Below are positions 1 to 9,378 of a stretch of 64,000 nucleotides of DNA, one piece after another. The DNA is from a phage. The position numbers were made by a program, and so were the translations under genes. The first letter of the stretch is position 1, and the number at the start of each line of letters is the position of its first letter. Location: assembly GCA_014161675.1 (NCBI GenBank), contig GCA_014161675.1_4760.1; one strand, written 5' to 3'. The notes beneath the pieces are model-generated. The model was not told where the DNA came from. It was given only the letters and a program-made list of their open reading frames with translations, and did not search any database.

Positions 1-82
1 AATCTGCGTCGGTAATATTGATTTCTTCCATGCGCCCAAATCGAGAATAAACCATGTGTGCGATTGCATTGTGTACTAACAT
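1..82 (-). CDS. hypothetical protein, 5' part only (gene runs off window start)
   Basis: ATG at 80-82 on minus strand preceded by GAGGAA RBS; frame open to window edge. Confidence 0.3.
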   Translation of the reverse strand, partial: MLVHNAIAHMVYSRFGRMEEINITDAD

Positions 83-103
83 AATATATTCCTCACTCAA
101 GAA

Positions 104-262
104 TTACTTAATGATACTTACTTTACCAGATCCATGACAATGAGCGCAACACCCATCACCACGCAATCCTGTTCCGTTACAGTGTTTACACTTCTTCAAC
201 GGTAAAGCCATTATAGCAAATAAAGCAATAATGAATACCGAAACTAAATTCTCAATAATCAT
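104..262 (-). CDS. small membrane-anchored zinc-finger protein, 52 aa, two CxxCxGxG motifs
   Basis: own translation MIIENLVSVFIIALFAIMALPLKKCKHCNGTGLRGDGCCAHCHGSGKVSIIK; below ORF-track size cutoff; overlaps stop of next gene. Confidence 0.35.
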   Translation of the reverse strand: MIIENLVSVFIIALFAIMALPLKKCKHCNGTGLRGDGCCAHCHGSGKVSIIK

Positions 263-521
263 AAATCGCCCTCAGTTCTTTATAGCCTCCAATGTGCTCG
301 TTGTCAATGAATATCTGGGGGTATACAAACCGGAGGCTCTTTGAGTTCAGCCTCCCCGCCAGTTCTTCAATCATATCACGGTCGGGAATAATGTCAACCC
401 CGACCTGCTTGAATACTGGTTTAAGTGTATACGGAATACCCAGATCATCCAGTAGATTCATTGCACTAATACAACCATAACAATGATAAGCCTCTTTCGG
501 TATACCGTATATCTCGATCAT
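252..521 (-). CDS. nrdH: NrdH-like glutaredoxin
   Basis: 89 aa, CxxC redox motif (HCYGC), position immediately downstream of nrdG as in T4. Confidence 0.6.
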   Translation of the reverse strand: MIEIYGIPKEAYHCYGCISAMNLLDDLGIPYTLKPVFKQVGVDIIPDRDMIEELAGRLNSKSLRFVYPQIFIDNEHIGGYKELRAIYDY

Positions 522-1018
522 TTCTCAGCCTTTAATCTTTCTAGTTCTTCTTCCAGTTCCTTGATCCGTTGGTCACGTTCAAAGTCACGCTGTAGCTTAG
601 TGGCAAATACTCGCTTAAACTGATTGTAATCATCGATTTTAAACACTTCTTCTTCGCCATAGCGACGCACAGAAACTTCGTAGTTATTGAAGAATTGTTG
701 CATCATTGCTTCGGATGATAGCTCTGCTGATACCACTTTAAAATATTGATCTTCTGTAGGCGAAAACCAATTACAAGCATAAAGATAAACCTTTTCATTG
801 TCTGGACACTGGTAAGCCTTACCATCGATTTCAATCACAGAAACATATTCAGGTATACTAGATGAATCAATAGCTAAGACTTTAAACGCACGGTCCCCGA
901 TAAACTCGGAGATCACACGATTCGCATCACTGGTTGCAAATGCTTTACGCGCTTGTTCGTTTTTCCACTGATAGGTCATACCAACAACAAACATATTACC
1001 AACCTCGCTCTTTACCAA
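518..1018 (-). CDS. hypothetical protein, member of 8-gene paralogous family (globular domain + C-terminal coiled coil)
   Basis: shares GKxY...FKVL..D..G.V..IE.DG...W....E.KYF motif with neighbours; C-terminal KELEEELERLKAEK. Confidence 0.55.
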   Translation of the reverse strand: MVKSEVGNMFVVGMTYQWKNEQARKAFATSDANRVISEFIGDRAFKVLAIDSSSIPEYVSVIEIDGKAYQCPDNEKVYLYACNWFSPTEDQYFKVVSAELSSEAMMQQFFNNYEVSVRRYGEEEVFKIDDYNQFKRVFATKLQRDFERDQRIKELEEELERLKAEK

Positions 1019-1820
1019 TCAAAAATTCAACTTCACGACGTTTAATGTCTTCTTGAAGGTCTTTAATCTTCTGGCGATCTTGCATGATTTCATCCATCTT
1101 GTCAAGTGCTGTAATGAAGTCATCGAAACGTTCAAAGGTTTTACCTTCATTTGCTTCGCCAAATTTAACCATTGTCAGGCCATAACGACTACTAAACAGA
1201 CGTTTCAACTGTCCAACGATCTTAGAATCAGTGGTTATAACTTCCAATTCTTCTACTTCACGAAAGAATTTTCTATCAGAATCAATAAACCAGCTAGTTC
1301 CTTTATGGTCTCTATCTTCGGTTGCACTCATTAGAGTATGGTCTTTACCATCAATTTCAATTACATTAACTTGCCCACATAGACTAACATTTTTAACAGT
1401 AAAAGGTCTATAATTTATTGCTCGTGCAATAACATAATTAAGGTTAGATGCGTTTTCAGCATAATGGCAGAAGTCTGTCATAGCATTCACATCTTTCCAA
1501 GTATAAGTTTTACCAACTTCCCATTTCTGGGGAACTTCTTCAACTTCACGAAAGAATTTTCTATCAAATGGACTAAAGAAATATGTTGCAGTCCAAATGT
1601 CTTTTCCTGTAGCAGTTTTCGCCGTATGATAAACACCGTCTAGCTCTATTGCATCAATCCAACCGTTACCATCGATCTCGATGATGGTAAATGGCTTGTC
1701 ACCAATAGCTGCACTAATATCGCTGTTAAGTGGAGAAAGAACACCTTCTCCGTTAGTAATAAACTCAGTTTTAGCGTTTTCATCTTTCCAGGTGTAGGTT
1801 TTACCAATTTCCCATTTCAT
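996..1820 (-). CDS. hypothetical protein, paralogous family, two tandem domain copies
   Basis: MKWEIGKTYTWKDENA and WEVGKTYTWKDVNA repeats; FFSPFDRKFFREVEE and WFIDSDRKFFREVEE repeats. Confidence 0.6.
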   Translation of the reverse strand: MKWEIGKTYTWKDENAKTEFITNGEGVLSPLNSDISAAIGDKPFTIIEIDGNGWIDAIELDGVYHTAKTATGKDIWTATYFFSPFDRKFFREVEEVPQKWEVGKTYTWKDVNAMTDFCHYAENASNLNYVIARAINYRPFTVKNVSLCGQVNVIEIDGKDHTLMSATEDRDHKGTSWFIDSDRKFFREVEELEVITTDSKIVGQLKRLFSSRYGLTMVKFGEANEGKTFERFDDFITALDKMDEIMQDRQKIKDLQEDIKRREVEFLIGKERGW

Positions 1821-1832
1821 AATATATTCCCC

Positions 1833-2333
1833 TTAACCGATTTTATCAAGTTCGTTTAATGCTTTCTCTGCTTCCTGTATAGCTTGCACTCTTTCCGGCA
1901 TTTTGTCAAGAAAATCTTTCAACTCTTCAAAACTGGAGATATGACGCAAGGCATTAGCACCGATAGCCGCATGTGATTTGCATTCAAAGCGAATTTTATA
2001 ATTATCCATCGCCAATTTGAGAAGGTCTATTAGATCATATTCATGACCAGGCAATAAAACTTCTTTGAAGCACGCTCGGTCGCCATCGGAAAACCATATA
2101 TTATCACCAACATCGATAGAACTAATATAATCCCCTTCGTGATTATAGATTGAACGTACATTACCCCAACGGTCTACCGTAGCGACAGTAAATGGTTTAT
2201 CTAGATATGTAAACACACCATCAATATTAGGTTTTTGTTCGTAACGCCAACAATCACGCAAAATGCGCTTTTCGTCCTCACCAACCAACTTATATGTCTT
2301 CCCTTCTTCCCATTTCATAATATCATCTCTCAT
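1833..2333 (-). CDS. hypothetical protein, paralogous family
   Basis: MKWEEGKTYKL...IWFSDGDRACFKEV; start may be internal Met at 2318. Confidence 0.55.
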   Translation of the reverse strand: MRDDIMKWEEGKTYKLVGEDEKRILRDCWRYEQKPNIDGVFTYLDKPFTVATVDRWGNVRSIYNHEGDYISSIDVGDNIWFSDGDRACFKEVLLPGHEYDLIDLLKLAMDNYKIRFECKSHAAIGANALRHISSFEELKDFLDKMPERVQAIQEAEKALNELDKIG

Positions 2334-2859
2334 TTTTGATACGTGATTCTAATTGGACCATACGGTCGCGCGTTTGCTTGTATTCGCGGATAGCACCGAT
2401 CCGGCTAGGCATACCATCAAGCACGCTCTTAATCCCTTCTAGGGTAGTGATTTTAGCAATACTATTATGTAATCCCATCTTATCGATTAACTGAATGTCG
2501 TAGGCTTCCATAAGCAGACCCAGACGTTCTAAAGTTAGGTCTTCTTCTTTTTCTTCCGATTCTGGAATCTTAGGTTCAATAGTAACTTCGGTAAAGAAAC
2601 GACGCTCACCCGACCAAAACCACACACCGGAACAACCAATAGGGGATTCTTTTAACGTCATAGAGTCGAAATCACTACCAATAATAGTAATTTCTCTAAC
2701 ATCACCATCATCGTCAAGGTCTTCTACCCTAAACGGGCGACCAGCCAACAAGTCAACAATACATCTGTTAATAGACGACGAAAATTTAGTCAGTTCGGCT
2801 TTCGACGCTTCGCATTCAATCTTGTAAGTTTTACCAACTTCCCATTCCATAATAATCAC
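2323..2859 (-). CDS. hypothetical protein, paralogous family
   Basis: MEWEVGKTYKI...VWFWSGERRFFTEV; C-terminal helical tail. Confidence 0.55.
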   Translation of the reverse strand: MIIMEWEVGKTYKIECEASKAELTKFSSSINRCIVDLLAGRPFRVEDLDDDGDVREITIIGSDFDSMTLKESPIGCSGVWFWSGERRFFTEVTIEPKIPESEEKEEDLTLERLGLLMEAYDIQLIDKMGLHNSIAKITTLEGIKSVLDGMPSRIGAIREYKQTRDRMVQLESRIKNER

Positions 2860-2860
2860 C

Positions 2861-3370
2861 TCAAATAATTTTCACTGGAATACTATTAACAATCTTGTAT
2901 TGTACTTGATTGTCAGACCCCCGCCACGGCTTCTTCGTTGGCATATCTTTAATATAACGCCCATCGATGAACATGTCAACTGATTCTACAATTTTTCTTT
3001 GCTCATCATTCAATTGGTCAAGGGTATAACCAGACCATAGCCAAATATCTTTATTTGGCATCCATGATTTTACTTCATCGATGATCCGCTGTACACCCTT
3101 TAAATTGCGTTTATACAGCGGATCGCCACCTAAGAATGTTAGCCCCTGAATAAAATCAGGTCTAAGCAGATCCAGAATCAATCCCATTGTATCATCGGTG
3201 AATGGTTCCCCGTTCTTAGGATTGAGTAGGCTAGCATTAAAGCAACCATCACATGCGTGTGAACATCCGGTAACGTAAAGGGAGACTCTCACCCCCTCAC
3301 CGTTCACCATATCACAATCTTTAATATCGGCATAGCGTAGTTTGCCGTATGTATCAGAACTCATATTCAA
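2861..3370 (-). CDS. nrdG: anaerobic ribonucleotide reductase activating enzyme (radical SAM)
   Basis: Cx3Cx2C cluster (CSHACDGC), GGDPLY motif, adjacent to nrdD; matches T4 NrdG from memory. Confidence 0.9.
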   Translation of the reverse strand: MNMSSDTYGKLRYADIKDCDMVNGEGVRVSLYVTGCSHACDGCFNASLLNPKNGEPFTDDTMGLILDLLRPDFIQGLTFLGGDPLYKRNLKGVQRIIDEVKSWMPNKDIWLWSGYTLDQLNDEQRKIVESVDMFIDGRYIKDMPTKKPWRGSDNQVQYKIVNSIPVKII

Positions 3371-3548
3371 TTACCCCAAACTCGTTTACAATCTGCGCTT
3401 TATAGTAACCACCGCGAGATGCTAATAGATAAGCTGGGCTTAGGTATTCGTATTCACGGATTTCTACTTGTGCGTTTTCAGTTTCCCAAATCAGTAAAGT
3501 CCACATATTTGATTCTCCTGTAAAGTTGTATCTCGTCTTGATGAATAT

Positions 3549-3577
3549 AGTATAGGGGATCTCGCGATCCCCGTCAA
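3549..3577 (-). promoter_or_regulatory. early promoter with hairpin in spacer (PeSL-like)
   Basis: minus sense TTGACg - GGGGATCgcgaGATCCCC - TATACT. Confidence 0.5.
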
Positions 3578-3581
3578 GCAT

Positions 3582-4130
3582 TTATTTTAAATTTTTTCGA
3601 ATGTATTCAGACCATTCCTTCCCTGTCATTTCGGACCCGTTCTGGAAACTGAAATATTCATACGGCATCGAGTCAAGATAAAACAGGATCATACATCGCG
3701 CCATATAATACCAATCACGATTAAAGTAAACTACGTTATCACCAGTACCATCAACCCCTTTATCATAACCATCGCGGGTACTGGCGACCCATTGAATAGT
3801 ATCAGTTTTCTCACGGATCGTAACAGGTTCCCAATATCCAGCACATCCAGCATGACCACACGAACAAGTAAGGAAATATTGTCCTTTTGCTTTGTTGTCA
3901 TCCCATTCACGATGGATTGGTTCGATCTCGTGAAACAGTGCTAAGCAATCATGATTATGCAACACTGGCTTACCATCAATCAATGCATGGAATGTATACA
4001 AACGACCCGTAGACAAATAGTTATCTTCTCGCTCTACAAGTTCAATAGCAATCTTTTTAGCTCGTTCTTTGTGTCGTTGTGCTTTACGCTTACGGTTTAA
4101 TGATTTCATATTCACCTCACACATTATCAA
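3582..4130 (-). CDS. hypothetical protein
   Basis: 182 aa ORF between nrdG and nrdD, cysteine cluster CSCGHAGCAGY; own promoter-hairpin element upstream. Confidence 0.45.
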   Translation of the reverse strand: MIMCEVNMKSLNRKRKAQRHKERAKKIAIELVEREDNYLSTGRLYTFHALIDGKPVLHNHDCLALFHEIEPIHREWDDNKAKGQYFLTCSCGHAGCAGYWEPVTIREKTDTIQWVASTRDGYDKGVDGTGDNVVYFNRDWYYMARCMILFYLDSMPYEYFSFQNGSEMTGKEWSEYIRKNLK

Positions 4131-4669
4131 AGGTCGCGATATAGTACATTATGAAAATGAGAACTTGCATTACCAATATTGTAGATAATAAATTCTTCAT
4201 CCGGCGCTTGCGCTACAAATTGAGTATGAGCAACCGCCACAACCTTAAAAATACGATCCGTGATCTTGTGTTTAATTTCTGCCCCTACTTCCATAGGAAC
4301 ATATTCATTTGTTTCTGTTTCAGTCGCAAAACAGCCATCTTCTTCATAAGCACGAACAAATCGATCGCAATCAGTACGCTTAACAAATTCAAGAGTATAC
4401 AATTCTCGTGAATTGTCGGTATAGACCAATACAGAATTATTATGATAGCGAATCACATACAGGTTATTATCATCGTCAATTACGCAAAAGCTACGGATTC
4501 CTTCGCCTTTACTCCAGCAGATATTAACCACAGTTCCTCTAATAAAAAAACTTTCCTTTAAATTAAAACTAGCCAATGTGCTAGCGTGCATTTTAACAAC
4601 AACACCATCGCCAATTTCCAGTTTACGAAGTTTAACTTCTTTGCTCAGTACACAAAACATCATCATCAT
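4127..4669 (-). CDS. hypothetical protein
   Basis: 180 aa ORF; sigma70-like promoter (TTGACA-16-TATAAT, minus sense) at 4699-4726. Confidence 0.45.
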   Translation of the reverse strand: MMMMFCVLSKEVKLRKLEIGDGVVVKMHASTLASFNLKESFFIRGTVVNICWSKGEGIRSFCVIDDDNNLYVIRYHNNSVLVYTDNSRELYTLEFVKRTDCDRFVRAYEEDGCFATETETNEYVPMEVGAEIKHKITDRIFKVVAVAHTQFVAQAPDEEFIIYNIGNASSHFHNVLYRDL

Positions 4670-4738
4670 GTTGTCCTCTCGTTGTTTTCGATGTGAGCAT
4701 TATACATTAGCTAATCATGTTGTCAACACCCCAAAACG

Positions 4739-4763
4739 AAAAAGCCGACCCTTTCGGATCGGC
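4739..4763 (-). terminator. rho-independent terminator after nrdD
   Basis: minus sense GCCGATCCGAAAGGGTCGGC + UUUUU. Confidence 0.6.
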
Positions 4764-4769
4764 TGAAAT

Positions 4770-6632
4770 TTACATGTGCTTAACGCGGTTTACCATCTCG
4801 GAGTGTTTCCCGTGGTTAAATGGACGCAGATCAACAGATCCAAGATATCCACTAACGCGACGGATAACATTCATCTTTTCCAGATTGTCATTGCCGCAAT
4901 CAGGACAAACAAAACCAGACTCGGTTGCTCTCATTTCCTTAGTAGATCCGCATACATGACATACATCAGAAGGAGTATTAACACCGAAGTAGTGCAATTT
5001 ATCCATTGCATAGTCTACTACAGTTTCAAGACCTTTCAGGTTGTTTTTCATGTCTGGGAACTCAACATAAGAGATCATGCCACCGGACGCCAGCCAGTGA
5101 TAATCTTTCTCAAAGTCGATTTTCTCAAATGGAGTGACTTTCCGGTCTACGTCAAGGTGGAATGAGTTGGTGTACCAGTCTTTATCGGTAGCACCCTTAA
5201 CAATACCAAATTTCTCTCTGTCCAGTCGATTAAATCGATAGCAAAGGCTCTCGGCTGGCGTACCGTAAAGACTAAACCCAAGTCCGGTTTCGTCCTTCCA
5301 TTTTTCAGTATAATGACGCAAGATCTTAAGAATATGTTTACCGTATCGCTGCGCATCTTCCGAATCAAACGGATGAACACCAAACAGGACGCTCAATACC
5401 TCATGTAAACCAATATATCCAAGAGAGATACTAGCGCGACCATCTTTCAACACTTCCAAAATTTCATCGTTTTGATGAATACGGAAAAATGCACCTTCGG
5501 TATACAGTACAGGAGCAACATTGGCTTTAGCCCCTTTTAAAGCGTCTACGCGACTCATAAGCGCATCAAAACAAATAGGCAGACGATTCGCTAGCTCTTG
5601 TTCGAATAGCTCAATTCTGCGCATTACAGACGCTTTACCGGCACGACGCGCGGCAATAAGGGCAATACGCGGAAGATTCAGAGTCACAACACCTAAGTTA
5701 TTACGTCCGTCTAATACTTCTTCGCCTTTCTCATTATGCCACACACCCAGGAAGCTACGACAACCCATCGGGCTAACCGGAACACTAGATCCAGTGATGC
5801 TACGGTTATTCTTCGCAGAGATATAATCAGGGTAAAGACGCTTACTAGAACATTCCAATGCAAGTTGCTTAATGTCGTAGTTCGGATCTTCCGGTTTAAG
5901 GTTTAATCCTTCTTCTAAGAACATCACCAGCTTAGGAAACACCGGAGTGATACCATCTTTACCTAAACCTTTAGTTCGAACGTTCAGGATCGCTTTCTGA
6001 ATCAGTTTTTCTTCCCAGCTAGTACCCATACCAAAGGTTAAAGTCACAAAAGGCGTTTGACCGTTGGTGGAGAACAAAGTGTTGATTTCATATTCCAACG
6101 CTTGATACCCGTCTAAAGTTTCTTTTTCTGTCTTCTCTTGTGCATAGAGAGTATCAGCTTTGATTCCGTAGGTTTCGGCATCAGCAAGGTGTTTATGATA
6201 TGTTTTCTCAACATACGGTGCTAACACCTGATCGATGTTTGCGATTGTGGTCCCGCCATATTGATGACTTGCCACCTGTGCGATAATTTGAGCGGTTACA
6301 GCACAAGCAACGCCGATTGATTTCGGACTTTCGATTTGTGCGCTACCCAATTTAAAACCATTCTCTAACATGTCTTTGAGATTAACAAGACAGCAGTTAG
6401 TAAACGGCATAGCGGGTGCATAATCCATATCATGATAATGAATATCACCGTCTACATGCGCTTTATAGATGTGCTCAGGTAACACGGTTTTAGCAATCTG
6501 TTTAGACACAGCACCAGCAATCAGATCTCGACGTGTCGGGAATGTTCGCGCGTCTTTGTTCGCGTTCTCTTTGCTTACTTCGTTTTCTTTACCCGTTGCG
6601 ATTTCTGTAATGTCTTTGATTAGTTTTTCCAT
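4770..6632 (-). CDS. nrdD: anaerobic ribonucleoside-triphosphate reductase, class III, intron-less
   Basis: 620 aa; FTNCCLV, SPMGCRSF and C-terminal glycyl-radical RRVSGYLG motifs; strong similarity to T4 NrdD. Confidence 0.95.
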   Translation of the reverse strand: MEKLIKDITEIATGKENEVSKENANKDARTFPTRRDLIAGAVSKQIAKTVLPEHIYKAHVDGDIHYHDMDYAPAMPFTNCCLVNLKDMLENGFKLGSAQIESPKSIGVACAVTAQIIAQVASHQYGGTTIANIDQVLAPYVEKTYHKHLADAETYGIKADTLYAQEKTEKETLDGYQALEYEINTLFSTNGQTPFVTLTFGMGTSWEEKLIQKAILNVRTKGLGKDGITPVFPKLVMFLEEGLNLKPEDPNYDIKQLALECSSKRLYPDYISAKNNRSITGSSVPVSPMGCRSFLGVWHNEKGEEVLDGRNNLGVVTLNLPRIALIAARRAGKASVMRRIELFEQELANRLPICFDALMSRVDALKGAKANVAPVLYTEGAFFRIHQNDEILEVLKDGRASISLGYIGLHEVLSVLFGVHPFDSEDAQRYGKHILKILRHYTEKWKDETGLGFSLYGTPAESLCYRFNRLDREKFGIVKGATDKDWYTNSFHLDVDRKVTPFEKIDFEKDYHWLASGGMISYVEFPDMKNNLKGLETVVDYAMDKLHYFGVNTPSDVCHVCGSTKEMRATESGFVCPDCGNDNLEKMNVIRRVSGYLGSVDLRPFNHGKHSEMVNRVKHM

Positions 6633-6676
6633 TGTATCACCTATGAAAAAGCGGGATTTCTCCCGCTCGTTGATAG

Positions 6677-7171
6677 TTATTTTACCAGTTCTGCTAATTC
6701 TTTTTCTTTAGCTTCTAGTTCAGCTTTAAGCTGTTTAATCTCTTGTCGCTTCTTATTAGCGGCTTCCTGCTTACTATTTCGGATAACCTGATCTAGATAC
6801 AACTCCCAATCCTGAATATTTTTGATAATGTAACCGTCAACATTAATTGGTCGGAGATTCAGTACAGCTTCCAGTTTAGTTGCAAAAACTTTAATTGCTG
6901 GGGTGAAGTATTCATATTCGTTATCTTCAAACCAATAACCTAGACTTGCATTATCAATACGAAGACGAAGTTCAAGATCAAGGTCTTTATCTTCGGTGTA
7001 TAGGTCTTTTACACACCCCATAGAATTAACAACAACTTTAAAACGAATTTTATCTACACCACCAAACACATCAGTAAGGATACCAGCAATTGAGCTATTA
7101 GCGCAAGATTGGTCGCTGAATGCGTCAAGGTTTTCTTTAGTTACAGTATACCAAACATCTTGTACCCACAT
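6677..7171 (-). CDS. hypothetical protein, paralogous family
   Basis: YWFEDNEYEYFTPAIKVF motif plus C-terminal coiled coil KQLKAELEAKEKELAELVK. Confidence 0.55.
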   Translation of the reverse strand: MWVQDVWYTVTKENLDAFSDQSCANSSIAGILTDVFGGVDKIRFKVVVNSMGCVKDLYTEDKDLDLELRLRIDNASLGYWFEDNEYEYFTPAIKVFATKLEAVLNLRPINVDGYIIKNIQDWELYLDQVIRNSKQEAANKKRQEIKQLKAELEAKEKELAELVK

Positions 7172-7195
7172 AATATAATCCTCTCGTTGTTAAGT

Positions 7196-7229
7196 GGGAG
7201 TATTATAGCATACTCCCTTCGCATGTCAA
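7196..7229 (-). promoter_or_regulatory. early promoter TTGACA-16-TATAAT overlapping GGGAGTAT hairpin
   Basis: minus sense TTGACAtgcgaaGGGAGTATgcTATAATACTCCC then GAGGATTATATTATG. Confidence 0.55.
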
Positions 7230-8404
7230 GCACTAACTTTTTTCTTTACTGCTTTCACCTTCTGGCGAATTGCTCGAATCTCTTCGATCTCTTTTTCAGT
7301 CTCTTTAACAATTTCTTTGCGATTCTGAATATCTGTATCGAGATTATCATCAAGTTTAGGCAGCATGTCAATCAAGAACTTTTTAAAGTCTTTCAGGTTT
7401 CGAATAACAGCACCTTCGCCCATTACCGCAACACCCACACCATCCGGCAGATCACCAAACAGCTTAACCAGTTCAGACAGATGATCATGATCTTCTAGTG
7501 CTTCTTCCGGTTCAGATGGCAGTTCAACAAAGTTATAACGTTCATCATTGCTGATCAAGTGATACCAGCAAAGCCCGAAAGATTTCGGTGTATATTCTAC
7601 ACCATCAATTTCAACCGCGTCAACACTTCCATAATCATCCACTTTAGTTACCTTAAATCCTTGTCCCAGCTTTTGAACAATTTCAACAACATGACTTGAT
7701 ACAGTTTCAGCGGTAAACCAATATGGCAAATTATGCTGATTTGGTTTGTAGCGTTCACCTACTTTAAATCTCTGACCATCCGCTTGCATAGAATGAAATT
7801 GTTGTTTCGTGATTTCCGCGAAGTATTCAAATTCGCTACCGTCAAACAAGCAATTCCATTGATCACAAAAACGGTCCGCCTTAACAGTTTCACCTTTCGC
7901 GGTGATCATGGTAGCCGATCCATGAAATTCTTCTTCAACCAAAAAGCCATATTCGACAAAATCAACAAGTTTCATGGCTTCTTTGTGCTCTGGGTCATGC
8001 TCTCCCCAGAATCGCTTAAATTCTTGCAAACCTTCTGGGGTAAACGAATAACATTTACCTTTTTCAAAGTAAGTCGGCATTGCATCCTCTTTCTTGTTCA
8101 TCGCTTCGTATGCCTCTTTTGAGATACGTTTAAAGTATTTGCGCTCATTGTGCATAATCATAGTAGACCAATAATAAACGATATCCTCAGCGGAATAAAC
8201 TACATCTCCAGCTTCAATAGTAATAACATGACCGTGGTCATCTTTTTCTAATACTTTAAAGCCCTTTTCTACGATTTCAGCAACCCGAATATGACCACGG
8301 CGCGAAGCATCGGTCAGAATAATTGAATAGCGAGAAAAGTCTAGAAACTCATCTTTACCGCCTTCACGGAATGCATAGTAATGACCTTCAAAGAATTTAG
8401 CCAT
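7226..8404 (-). CDS. hypothetical protein, paralogous family, multi-domain
   Basis: 392 aa; repeated NERKYFKRISK / SEFEYFAEITK / NDERYNFVELP motifs; C-terminal coiled coil. Confidence 0.55.
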   Translation of the reverse strand: MAKFFEGHYYAFREGGKDEFLDFSRYSIILTDASRRGHIRVAEIVEKGFKVLEKDDHGHVITIEAGDVVYSAEDIVYYWSTMIMHNERKYFKRISKEAYEAMNKKEDAMPTYFEKGKCYSFTPEGLQEFKRFWGEHDPEHKEAMKLVDFVEYGFLVEEEFHGSATMITAKGETVKADRFCDQWNCLFDGSEFEYFAEITKQQFHSMQADGQRFKVGERYKPNQHNLPYWFTAETVSSHVVEIVQKLGQGFKVTKVDDYGSVDAVEIDGVEYTPKSFGLCWYHLISNDERYNFVELPSEPEEALEDHDHLSELVKLFGDLPDGVGVAVMGEGAVIRNLKDFKKFLIDMLPKLDDNLDTDIQNRKEIVKETEKEIEEIRAIRQKVKAVKKKVSA

Positions 8405-8428
8405 AATATAATCCTCTCGTTGTTTAGA

Positions 8429-8464
8429 TGGGAGTATCTTACTACTCCCGTTTCATCATGTCAA
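8429..8464 (-). promoter_or_regulatory. early promoter with GGGAGTA hairpin
   Basis: TTGACA (minus) at 8459-8464 and hairpin GGGAGTAtcttacTACTCCC. Confidence 0.45.
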
Positions 8465-8467
8465 GCG

Positions 8468-9046
8468 TTAAAGTGACTTTTTAATCTCTTTCAGTTCTTC
8501 CACTTTCTCGGCGCTGAATTTAGCGTAGGTATCATGTCGAATAATTTCACTTTCAAGAAAGGTTTCCAGTCGAGATCTATTTTCAATAAGGAACTCTTTC
8601 AGGTCTTCCGCGTTCTTGACAAAGATTTTATTGTCGGTAATGTCATCTTCAATCGCAAAGGAGATAGAGCGAACTTTACCAAACAAGTTAATCAGATCTT
8701 CCAGAGATTCTTCTTTCTTAACTGGTTTCATTTCTTCAAACTGCTTTTTAGTGATGCGTTTAAAGTATTTGCGCTCGTTTGCAGCAATCAGAACAGATGC
8801 ACCTTCATACCCATGAGTTTCTACCAGATACACACGCCCCATCGCATCAACAGTGAGAACTTTAAAGCCGTTACAAAGCACGTCATACAAGAACTTATTA
8901 TGTTGCGGACATCGTTTGATAAATTCTGCGGCTGTTTCTGCACTACGGAAAGTATAGTAACGACCTCGTTCAAAAACAGCATCATTTGAAGACTTAGCCG
9001 GATACAATTTATACGTTTTCTGTACCATAATATAATCCTCTATCAT
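8468..9046 (-). CDS. hypothetical protein, paralogous family
   Basis: NGFKVLTVDAMGRVYLVE...ANERKYFKRITKKQFEEM closely parallels 7226..8404. Confidence 0.55.
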   Translation of the reverse strand: MIEDYIMVQKTYKLYPAKSSNDAVFERGRYYTFRSAETAAEFIKRCPQHNKFLYDVLCNGFKVLTVDAMGRVYLVETHGYEGASVLIAANERKYFKRITKKQFEEMKPVKKEESLEDLINLFGKVRSISFAIEDDITDNKIFVKNAEDLKEFLIENRSRLETFLESEIIRHDTYAKFSAEKVEELKEIKKSL

Positions 9047-9375
9047 TTCACTAATTGAACAGCACGGAACAGAATGCGCTCACACGGAAGCAGCATAAAT
9101 TCCCAACGCGGGTCAAAGTCTTTAGCGGTGTATGTTTTCCCATCAACCGCTATTTCACTTACATAACCAACAGGTGACACTTTAAGAACAGTAAACCCAT
9201 TCTTGATGATTTCGTAGGTATCTTTCACCCCTTCGTATTCATCATCTAAGAAGTCTTTATGTGCTTGCTCAGATTTAAAAACATAGGCCACACCGGATTT
9301 AAACATCTTACGCATTGTTGATTCTCCTTCTTGATTAGATGGGAGTATTTTACTACTCCCATTTCTTATTGTCAA
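9043..9375 (-). CDS. hypothetical protein, paralogous family (short)
   Basis: NGFTVLKVSPVGYVSEIAVDGKTY motif. Confidence 0.45.
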   Translation of the reverse strand: MTIRNGSSKILPSNQEGESTMRKMFKSGVAYVFKSEQAHKDFLDDEYEGVKDTYEIIKNGFTVLKVSPVGYVSEIAVDGKTYTAKDFDPRWEFMLLPCERILFRAVQLVK

Positions 9376-9378
9376 CTA

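Noticed and set aside
5521-5826. Plus-strand 101-aa ORF and other ORFs antisense within nrdD
   Set aside because: Entirely inside the well-supported nrdD coding region on the opposite strand; arginine-rich composition typical of antisense artefacts.
4770-6632. Group I intron / I-TevIII-type insertion in nrdD
   Set aside because: NrdD translates as one uninterrupted 620-aa protein collinear with T4 NrdD exons; no intervening sequence.
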